Below are positions 56,199-64,000 of a DNA stretch of 64,000 nt, in pieces. The number at the start of each line of letters is the position of its first letter. Position 1 is the first letter of the stretch. Source of the stretch: an uncultured Methanoregulaceae archaeon. Lineage in GTDB: Archaea > Halobacteriota > Methanomicrobia > Methanomicrobiales > Methanospirillaceae. The stretch spans positions 1,248,001-1,312,000 of the forward strand of contig OY970343.1 in assembly GCA_963717525.1 (NCBI GenBank), written 5' to 3'. Position numbers and translations under genes: made by a program. The notes beneath the pieces were generated by a model. That model made no database searches and was not told the origin of the DNA. It was given only the letters and a program-made list of their open reading frames with translations.

Positions 56199-57081
56199 GC
56201 AGATATGGAGAGCCACGCGGTGCACCGGTAGCCGGCAACGGCAATTTTTTCTCTGAAGGCAAGAATGGAATACGGATCGTAATTACTGGGAAAGGCGGGG
56301 TCGGCAAGACCACCATCACCGCCCTTCTCGCCCACCTGTTTGCACAGCAAGGGTTCCGTGTGCTTGCCATAGACGGCGATCCCCAGCAGAATCTCGCGGT
56401 TACCTTGGGCATCCCGCCACCGGTGGCAGAGCTAATTGTCCCGGTCTCCAAAAGTGTGGAGTACCTGCGCGAAAAGACCGGCGCGGCCCGGACATCTCCC
56501 CGGGCGGGCTTCTTACCCTCAATCCGGATGTGAGTGACGTGGTTGACCGGTTCTCCATTCCTGTGGTGGATAACCTGCGGCTCCTTGTCATGGGAGGGAT
56601 CAGGCAGGCCGGTTCTGGCTGCCTCTGCCCCGAGTATACTCTTCTTACCGCAATCCTCCGGCATATGCATACCCTCAAAGACGAAGTGATTCTTCTGGAT
56701 ACTCCGGCGGGTCTTGAGCATTTTGGCAGAGCGGTCGCGGACGGGTTTTCCTGCGCAGTTATAATGGCAGATCCTACCTATAATGCCCTTTCTGTAGCAC
56801 GGGAATCTGCTGCGCTGGCGCGACAACTGGGAATCGGGCATATCATTCTTGTCGTGAATCGTGTTGGCAAACCGGAGGAACGAGACAAAGCACGTGAACG
56901 GGCAGGACGTCTCGACGAATTCTCCCGGGTGATGCTGCTTTCCTTTGATCCTGGCGTAATCGCTGCGGAACCTGAAATATGCCCACTCCTTTCGACCGAA
57001 TCGGATTTCATGCGTGAAATCAAATCCTTGGTAGTAACCATTACCCATCCTTCCGAAGTCCGCTCGCCAGATTTCTCGTGA
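56195..57081 (+). CDS. cooC: CODH nickel-insertion ATPase CooC (frameshift ~56495)
   Basis: GKGGVGKT, IDGDP, GSGCLCPE, DTPAGLEHFGR; ATGA overlap with cooS. Confidence 0.9.
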
Positions 57082-57094
57082 GGGTACCACCTCA

Positions 57095-57161
57095 GGTTCT
57101 GTTGCGTTGGCGATTGATCGGTATTATGCCGAGGTGAAAAACCGATTGCAGACCCGGAACC
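57095..57161. repeat. Shortened IS6-like element
   Basis: GGTTCTGTTGCGTT left end (13/14 to 54082), degenerate right end CCGGAACC. Confidence 0.5.
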
Positions 57162-57259
57162 CTGATTTCCCCCAATCGTGGAATGGCTGGCCAACATGTG
57201 GTATGCACTATCGTACCTATACAAACCTATAATTCCCCTTTCTCCTCTTAAACTCCCGT

Positions 57260-57865
57260 ATGCTAAAGATAATCGGGATTCTAGGGAGCCCGCTTCCTGA
57301 CGGCAATACAGCTCTGTTGCTCGATAAGGCCCTTGAGGGAGCAAAGGCAGCTGGTTGTGAAGTCGAGCTTATCGATGTAATTACTCTAGATATCCAGAGC
57401 TGTCAGGAGATTTATTATTGCAAGGATCATAACACCTGCATCTTAAATGATGATATGATCCCGATCTATCCGAAGGTTGCGGCACTGGACAGCCTGATCC
57501 TCGCCACACCTATCATGACAATGGGTATCCCGGGGCATCTCAAGTCGTTCATCGACCGGTTCCAGGTCTTTTATATGGCCAAATACTTCCGGAACGAGCC
57601 GCTTGTCTCTCCGGATCTGAAAAAGAGAAGAAAGAGCCTCTTCATCAGCATTTCCGGGATGGATATCCCCGGGGTGTTCAATGGAGCAAAACAGACGATA
57701 AAGGCGTTTTTTGACATTATTGATAGCCCCTACCATGACGAACTCCTCATCAGCGGTATGGATCAGATCAAAGACATAACGACGCGGCCGGATCTCCTCA
57801 ATAATGCTTATGCGAAGGGATTTGCCCTTGGGGCGTCGTTAATGGAATCGAGGCAGCCCGACTAA
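57260..57865 (+). CDS. Flavodoxin-family / Isf-like NADPH-dependent FMN reductase
   Basis: GILGSP...GNT..LL..AL.GA, CQE...C...C, ATP, LKSFIDR. Confidence 0.88.
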   Translation: MLKIIGILGSPLPDGNTALLLDKALEGAKAAGCEVELIDVITLDIQSCQEIYYCKDHNTCILNDDMIPIYPKVAALDSLILATPIMTMGIPGHLKSFIDRFQVFYMAKYFRNEPLVSPDLKKRRKSLFISISGMDIPGVFNGAKQTIKAFFDIIDSPYHDELLISGMDQIKDITTRPDLLNNAYAKGFALGASLMESRQPD

Positions 57866-57872
57866 TCCGCCA

Positions 57873-58023
57873 TTGTTACGAGGGTCCCATCATATTCCTC
57901 ACTGCATATCTAAATAAAGAAAAAATTGATGAGGCAAAGAGTATTTCACCCTCTGACTTTCTTAACAAGCCGTATCTGGAACATGATCTCCTTGCGGTAG
58001 TTGAGAAAGCATTTTTCAGGTAG
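57873..58023 (+). pseudogene. C-terminal fragment of a receiver domain
   Basis: Manual translation ..GPIIFLTAYLNKEKIDEAKSISPSDFLNKPYLEHDLL..; no start. Confidence 0.6.
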
Positions 58024-58115
58024 TTCTTCATTATGGCAATATTCTATCGATTCCTCCCCGGTTTTCTCACTACGATTTTCCGGAACCGAAAAACCTTGAA
58101 TTTTGTATTTTACAT

Positions 58116-58143
58116 CGTTCCTTTAATAGCAATTAAATGAAAC
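58116..58143 (-). other. dif/Xer-like recombination site C (inverted relative to A and B)
   Basis: Reverse complement GTTTCATTTAA-TTGCTA-TTAAAGGAACG. Confidence 0.5.
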
Positions 58144-58223
58144 AGAAAAATTTTTTCGCTTTATATCAATAAAATATGGATTTTATTAATGCCGAATGTC
58201 GAATCTTCAGTGTTTTTAGGAGT

Positions 58224-58697
58224 TTACTTTGCATTCGAGAACCGGTATGTACCTTCTGGAATCATCATCTCAAACCGCGCTCCATTCTCAGATTCGCCGG
58301 TTTCCCTGATGGTGATACCGGTGATTGCAAGAATCTCCCTTGCGAGGAATAACCCGTATCCTGTATTCTTTCCGAATCCTCTGGTGAAGATCTGATCTTT
58401 ATCCTGCTCGGGAATACCAATCCCATCGTCTTCAAAGACAAGAATTAGTTCTTTTTCTGTCTGCCGGTATGATACACGAATCCGGGTGACATGTTCACCA
58501 TGGCGGAGTGCATTTTCAATGAGATTGAAAAAGACTTTTTCGATGAGGAGGTCAGCATAAATCTCCAGATTTTCCGTATTGACTTCAATAGATACGGTCT
58601 CGGCATTTACCGTTGCAAATACTGACGAGATACTATTTTTTACATTATTCCATTGGGGCGGCTGTACGCCAACATTTTGGTAAATACGGGTGAAAGT
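58224..58697 (-). pseudogene. Histidine kinase C-terminal (HATPase) fragment lacking its 5' part
   Basis: Manual translation FTRIYQNVGVQPPQW...KVFFNLIENALRHG...EDDGIGI...GFGKNTGYGLFL; breaks off next to the 58709 element. Confidence 0.8.
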
Positions 58698-58708
58698 ACC
58701 GTCTCCCA

Positions 58709-58800
58709 GGTTCTGGTACGTTTTCGAGACTCGTTAAATACTGGGCTGGTGTTGAATTCGATGGAGTTATTTTCTTGAGTCACGATAACGCACCAGAACC
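58709..58800. repeat. 92-bp IS6-like hairpin element
   Basis: GGTTCTGGTACGTTTTCGAGACTC ... GAGTCACGATAACGCACCAGAACC, 21/24 IR. Confidence 0.8.
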
Positions 58801-58922
58801 GGTGAGGGTCGGCTTGGCGGACAAAAGAAAGGGGGACTCTTCCCCGATTCTTCACTAAAACAGCGCCGCCCGTATCTCGATTCTGTAAGAAAAAGGTTGA
58901 AGGGGTGCTGGGGGGTGGGGAT

Positions 58923-59780
58923 TTAGTAGGGCGGGGATTCATTCACGCCAAGGAAATTGAGCGTGGTCTCTCCATATTCAACGGGTGCGTACCCCGAGCC
59001 GATATGCGGGAGATCCTTGAACTCCACAAGCCATGACCCGTTGATCTGGCCTGCAATCTGGTGCGTCACGTTCGGGGGCGTGAGGATATCATCGGTACCA
59101 ACCGCAAGCATCACGCTCTTGTTGATCCCCGAGAGCTGGTCCCAGGTGCCGTTCCACGCAAGGTTTGCCTCGGCCTCTTTTTTCACCCCTGCAGATGCAG
59201 TGGGATCGAGAGCCGTTGCTTCGATCACTGCGTAGAGCACTCTGGTGTCGGGTATCCGTATGCTATAGGTGACAGATTCAAGCATCAGCTTCCGGACCCG
59301 CTCAGGATGATCGATTACCAGCTGCTGGCCAATCGAGGACCCCATCGAGGCCCCGTACACGTTCATGCTCGAATACCCAAGGGCCGGCATCAGGGCAGCC
59401 GCATCGTCCGAGTATTGGGATATTTCAGGTGTTGCATTCGTATCGCTGCTGTACCCCATGCCCCGGTTGTCGTAGATGTATACATGGTACTGCGAGGCGA
59501 GGATTCCAAGGAAGGTCCCGTTCCACATGGTATCCATAGTGGCATTGAATCCGCATATCATCAGGAGCGGCTCACCGGATCCAAACTCACGGTACCCAAG
59601 CCGCACCCCGTTAACATCGGCGTACTGGACGGGAATGGAGGTAACATTTATTGCAGGGGCCGTATTGACCGCCGGGGCCGCTGCTGGTGTGCTGGTCGTC
59701 GTGCTGCTCGTGCATCCGGTAACGAGAAGGATGGACAAAAGGACGGCAGCCGCGAGGAGGGTGGAGATCAGTTTCTTCAT
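58923..59780 (-). CDS. Alpha/beta hydrolase, lipoprotein-like signal
   Basis: LLVTGC signal, YDNRGMG, nucleophile GASMG, D and H near the C-terminus. Confidence 0.88.
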   Translation of the reverse strand: MKKLISTLLAAAVLLSILLVTGCTSSTTTSTPAAAPAVNTAPAINVTSIPVQYADVNGVRLGYREFGSGEPLLMICGFNATMDTMWNGTFLGILASQYHVYIYDNRGMGYSSDTNATPEISQYSDDAAALMPALGYSSMNVYGASMGSSIGQQLVIDHPERVRKLMLESVTYSIRIPDTRVLYAVIEATALDPTASAGVKKEAEANLAWNGTWDQLSGINKSVMLAVGTDDILTPPNVTHQIAGQINGSWLVEFKDLPHIGSGYAPVEYGETTLNFLGVNESPPY

Positions 59781-59937
59781 AAAAACACCGCCCGATCAAT
59801 GGAGAGGGGATAGTTCATAGTCGGAGTGCAGAGATATGAACATTCTTATTTCGCGGTCTTTGTGCGTTCCCGGCCGGATGCGTGCAGAAGATATCCTTCG
59901 GATATATTATATCGCGGCCCGTGGACATTCTGGATCA

Positions 59938-61005
59938 ATGAATGCCAGAACACAGTTCCTTCTTGCTTTTGCGGTCATGTTCGCGGTACTCGCCATTGTT
60001 GCCGCAGGCTGTACCGGAACAGCACCCTCATCCGGGCAGGGCAGCACCGGGACAGCGGCGAACGTGTCATCAGGAAACACGGGTATCCACACGATCTTTG
60101 TCGAGCCCAATGACGGCCGGGCGCTGATTCTCAAAACGATTAACGGTGCGCAAAAGACCATCACGCTCACCATCTACCAGCTCGATGACCCGGAGATCGT
60201 CGCCGCGTTGGCAGCAGCGCAAGGAAGGGGCGTCTCGGTACGGATCATCTACAACAATGCCTCGTTTGCGGCTGAAAACGTCACGAACCCGAACAACTAT
60301 GCGATCGCAAACCTTACCCCGCTCGGGGTTCAAATGATGCCTGGTTCTCCCGCATTTGTCCTCACCCACCAGAAGACGCTCACTGCAGACGGATCGGTCT
60401 CGATCATCATGACGCTCAACCTGGACCCGGCATTTTTTGGAACTACGCGGGATTTCGGGATTATAACCAATGACCCGGCAGAAGTACAGGAGATTGGGAA
60501 GGTGTTCGAAGCCGACTGGAATTACCAGAACGTGACGCCGACCCAGCCATCGCTCGTCTGGAGCCCGGTCAATGCGCGGGAAAAGATCCTCGGCCTGATT
60601 AACGGTTCTACAAAGACACTCGACGTCTATAATGACGCAATAACCGACCCTCAGGTGATCGCGGCACTCAGCGATGCAGCCAGGCGGGGGGTTGCCGTAC
60701 GGGTGCTTGCTGCCTATAATGTGGGCAGCAACGGGACGAACGTGAATGCACCGGCCCTTGCCACCCTCACTGCCAGCGGTGCCCAGGCAAAATCGATTGC
60801 GTCGCCATACATCCATGCCAAGGTGGCGGTTGCCGATTACGGGACACCCCGTCAGGTCGCGTACGTGGGGTCGGCATATTTTGCTGCGGAATCCCTGGAC
60901 CAGAGCCGCAACCTGGGGATCCTTGTGACGGAGCAACCGATCCTCGACCGGATTGAACTGGAATTCAACCAGGACTGGCAGGTTCCCGCCGTCCCGGAAC
61001 CTTAA
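59938..61005 (+). CDS. Phospholipase D superfamily protein, lipoprotein-like signal
   Basis: AAGC signal; two HKD motifs HQKTLTAD and HAKVAVAD. Confidence 0.88.
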   Translation: MNARTQFLLAFAVMFAVLAIVAAGCTGTAPSSGQGSTGTAANVSSGNTGIHTIFVEPNDGRALILKTINGAQKTITLTIYQLDDPEIVAALAAAQGRGVSVRIIYNNASFAAENVTNPNNYAIANLTPLGVQMMPGSPAFVLTHQKTLTADGSVSIIMTLNLDPAFFGTTRDFGIITNDPAEVQEIGKVFEADWNYQNVTPTQPSLVWSPVNAREKILGLINGSTKTLDVYNDAITDPQVIAALSDAARRGVAVRVLAAYNVGSNGTNVNAPALATLTASGAQAKSIASPYIHAKVAVADYGTPRQVAYVGSAYFAAESLDQSRNLGILVTEQPILDRIELEFNQDWQVPAVPEP

Positions 61006-61162
61006 ACAGGTAAGGGTATCCGGGGCCGGGATATCCCTCTTTCTTTTACGCCACCGGCCCTGTATGCTGCCGGTGCCTGTGTGCCCGGGCCGTGTCGTCA
61101 TCCGTTGCGGTCCGGTGTCGCGCCCGCCCTTTCCCTGATGGCAGGGTACGTGCAGTGAACCG

Positions 61163-62699
61163 TTACGGGCCTCTCACGGACGGGGTGATATTGATATCGA
61201 GATACTGTCCCTGTGCCCGCGTGTAGTTCGGCCAGGTGATATCCATTCCTCCGTTCGGGTTCCCCGTCTTTGCAAAACGGGTCCAGAGATCCACGACATT
61301 GTCGGCCACGGCCGGATCCGTGCTCACCCCGGGGATCCCGAAGAGCAGGACGAGCTCGCTGCCATGGAATGCTCCCTCTGGCTGCCCGGGAATGATGTAC
61401 CAGTACCGGGTACATGTACGTGTCCGGGCTGATGTCGCTCATCGAGCCTGCCGCAAACTTCACCGAGTCGATGAAATCCCCGTTCTCCATGATCTGGGCA
61501 AGCTGGAGCTGGACTTGTGCTGTGGAATTGGCCGGGTACCGTGCGAAGACCGCGCCGGCACCGCTGCCGAACCGGCTCGCAAGGAAGGACCGGTATTCCG
61601 CAACGCTCATGTTGGCATCCGCAGAGAGCGTTGTCCCATCATTGGCATTATTCCCTGCCATCAGGGGGACCGCCGCCTCCTGGTGATTGAGGTACAGGTT
61701 GTCCAGGGTGTCCGGGAGGACCCACCCGTCAACGTTGGGCTCGAACATGACGGTATGGGTACTCCAGAACTCTGACGGGGACGACGGCGTTGCAGTGATG
61801 AGGGCATCGGGGCTGAGGTTTCTCATGCAGGCAATGGCATCCAGGCCGGAGCACCCGAGGCTTTGGGCATACCCAACGCCGAACTGTTCGGCATAATCCT
61901 TCGGATGGGTGGCGTTGATGATCGCCCCGTTGGCCCAGAATGGACCGCTCTCCACGATTGCCTGGGAAAACAGCCCCCTGCTCCCGGGAGAGACCAGATG
62001 GATGTAGACGCTCTCGGTCCCGGCGGACTGGCCAAAGATCGTTACCCGCGAGGGATCCCCGCCAAACGCGACGATGTTGTCCTGTACCCATTTCAGGGCT
62101 GCCTGCTGGTCGAGGATCCCGTAATTGCCCGAGGCATTATGCGGCGATTCACGGTCCAGATCCGGGTGGGCCAGAAAGCCCAGCGCCCCGAGCCGGTAGT
62201 TCGTGGTGACGACAATGACCCCTTTCTCTGCAAGGGTGGTCCCGTTGTACATGGGCATGGAGCCTTCAACGCCCGTAAATCCCCCGCCGTAGAAGAAGAC
62301 CATGACCGGCAGCCTGGCGCTCGCGTTCTGTGTCGGGGTCCAGACATTGAGGTACAGGCAGTCCTCGCTCATGTTCAGCGCGGGGACTCCCGGCAGGGAA
62401 GGCTCTGAGCCTTTTTGCGCCTGGGGGCAGGTTGCCCCGTATTCTGTTACCGCCTTCACGCCTTCCCAAGGTGTAACCGGGGCTGGGGGTCGCCAGCGGA
62501 GGTCCCCGACCGGCGGGGCTGCGAATGGGATCCCGAGATATACCTGAATGCCGCTTTGGTTTATTCCCGATACGAAGCCGGCATCGGTCTTTACGATCGT
62601 TGAGTCCTGCACTTGTTGCGTACAACCGGAAATCAATACCAGTCCGGCAACAATAAGGCAAGCTGCCAGAATATACCCCGCACGATGAATCCCTTGCAT
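61163..62699 (-). CDS. Type-B carboxylesterase, lipoprotein-like signal (frameshift ~61408)
   Basis: GIPFAAPPVGDLRW, SEDCLYLNVW, YGGGF, NYRLG, FGQSAG; corrected frame gives AFHGSEL...WTRFAKTGNPN. Confidence 0.92.
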
Positions 62700-62890
62700 A
62701 CGAAACCTTGCCACCCTCCGTAACCAGAACGTATCAAACCGTATTCCGGCCTGATAACAAAGGACCTGCACATGCCGGCGTCAGCCGATTCTCGGTCTTT
62801 ACGGTATGGGGAGTATCATGCTGCCGGCGTTTAACTTTTCGGATCTGACTCGGCACATCACACGATTACTACAGTTGACATCCTGATGTC

Positions 62891-63235
62891 ATGAATTCCA
62901 GACCGCAGCTCGTTCTCACCGGTGCGGTCATGGTCGCGATCCTTACCGTTGTCGCCGCAGGCTGTACCGGGACGGCGCCCACCCCGGTCCAAGGCAGTAC
63001 GGCGACAACCGCGAACGTGTCATCGGGAAATCCGGACATCCATACGATCTTTGTCGAATCCAATGACGGCCGTGTGCTGGTTCTCAGAACGATCGCCAGT
63101 GCACAAAAAACCATCACTCTCACCATCTACCATCTCGACGACCCGGAGATTGTCGCCGCCTTGGCCACAGCATACCCGGGCGGGGGCCAGTACCTCGATA
63201 TCAACGATGCCCCGACGGTGATGAGCGGGTATTAA
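62891..63235 (+). pseudogene. Chimeric remnant: PLD N-terminus fused to carboxylesterase C-terminal tail
   Basis: First ~92 aa parallel the 59938 PLD; ends GQYLDINDAPTV, like the esterase tail GQYLDINITPSV. Confidence 0.75.
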
Positions 63236-63315
63236 GGCCGCACTTTTTTGGCAGGGGTCAGATATAATCCCTGCCGGCGCGAATGAATGTATGAACAACA
63301 AGGAGCTGAAGCCAT

Positions 63316-63870
63316 ATGCAGGACCATGAGCAGAAAAACACCTGCGCATCTGTGCCGTTCCGGACAATTGCCCATATCTATGACCCGGATGACCCGTCGC
63401 CAGAGGACAGCCGCGAGCTTTCGGACCGGGCCGAAAAAGCGATCTTCCTTACGGTGCTGGAAGGACAAAAAGGAGCGCATAAAGCGCTGTGTAGCCATCT
63501 TGAGATTCTTCTCCCGGCACCCGACCTGGCACCCGACCGTCTGGCCGCGATCACCAGAGCGATCCGGTCCCATTTCCAGCGCCGGGCGGATGAGGTGAAA
63601 CGGGACATGAAACTGACACAAAAGGTCGGGCTCCGGCAGTTCCGGCTTACCCTTGCCGTATGGATTCCCTCATTTGCCGGTATTGCCGTCTGTTCCCAGT
63701 TCAAGGGGAACCCGGTAAGCGAGGTTGTTGAGAATGTCTTGGTGATCCTGTGCTGGGTGACCCTCTGGCAGCCGTTCCAGGTGCTGGTCTTTGACCGGTG
63801 GACGCAGGCGGAAACCGCAAAGGTGTACCGGAAGATCGCGGAGATGGAGATCGGGGTCCGGGCAGCCTGA
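63316..63870 (+). CDS. Hypothetical membrane protein (2 TM)
   Basis: 184-aa ORF with AGGAG RBS; two hydrophobic segments. Confidence 0.7.
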   Translation: MQDHEQKNTCASVPFRTIAHIYDPDDPSPEDSRELSDRAEKAIFLTVLEGQKGAHKALCSHLEILLPAPDLAPDRLAAITRAIRSHFQRRADEVKRDMKLTQKVGLRQFRLTLAVWIPSFAGIAVCSQFKGNPVSEVVENVLVILCWVTLWQPFQVLVFDRWTQAETAKVYRKIAEMEIGVRAA

Positions 63871-63948
63871 TTCTGCCGGCTGAAAAAAATAAGGCTCTGG
63901 TTTTTTAGCGTTAGCGAAAACAAAAAATACCATGATCGCGCCAGAATC
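63869..63948. repeat. 80-bp degenerate hairpin element
   Basis: GATTCTGCCG ... CGCCAGAATC; length exactly 80. Confidence 0.45.
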
Positions 63949-64000
63949 GCTATCCGGCGGGGTGGTAAAAAGTCACGACAACGCGGAAGGCCTAAGCCTG

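Noticed and set aside
635..62699. About 16 frameshifts read as pseudogenes or programmed frameshifting
   Set aside because: Single-base indels, many in short homopolymer runs, also hit essential genes (glyS, hef, tbp); best explained as sequencing or assembly error

Overview
Archaeal DNA from a Methanomicrobiales methanogen (Methanoregula-like gene set, about 55% GC by eye), probably an indel-prone long-read assembly: about 16 single-base frameshifts, including in glyS, hef and tbp. 1-19.2 kb is mostly housekeeping (metG, glyS, Hef, RNB ribonuclease, PKD surface protein, tRNA-Phe). A mosaic accessory island of about 23 kb follows tRNA-Phe. It holds a two-gene Shango-like (DUF2791 ATPase + Lhr-like helicase) remnant, a tyrosine integrase, an iteron-like array, an orphan ArlD/E-ArlH pair, a satP-MCP-cheW signalling cluster and two AT-rich defence-like genes (HEPN/Abi_C-like and SIR2-STAND-TPR-OB). 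The right third has tbp, redox genes with a MarR regulon, GH57-GPI-tes, cooS-cooC and a secreted hydrolase cluster. Two non-coding systems stand out. (i) Three related 11-6-11 dif/Xer-like palindromic sites occur, two of them directly flanking a 16.5-kb cargo block. (ii) About a dozen roughly 80-bp hairpin elements with IS6-like GGNNCTG...CAGNNCC ends and mostly unrelated interiors sit at gene-module borders and bracket the defence gene and cooSC.
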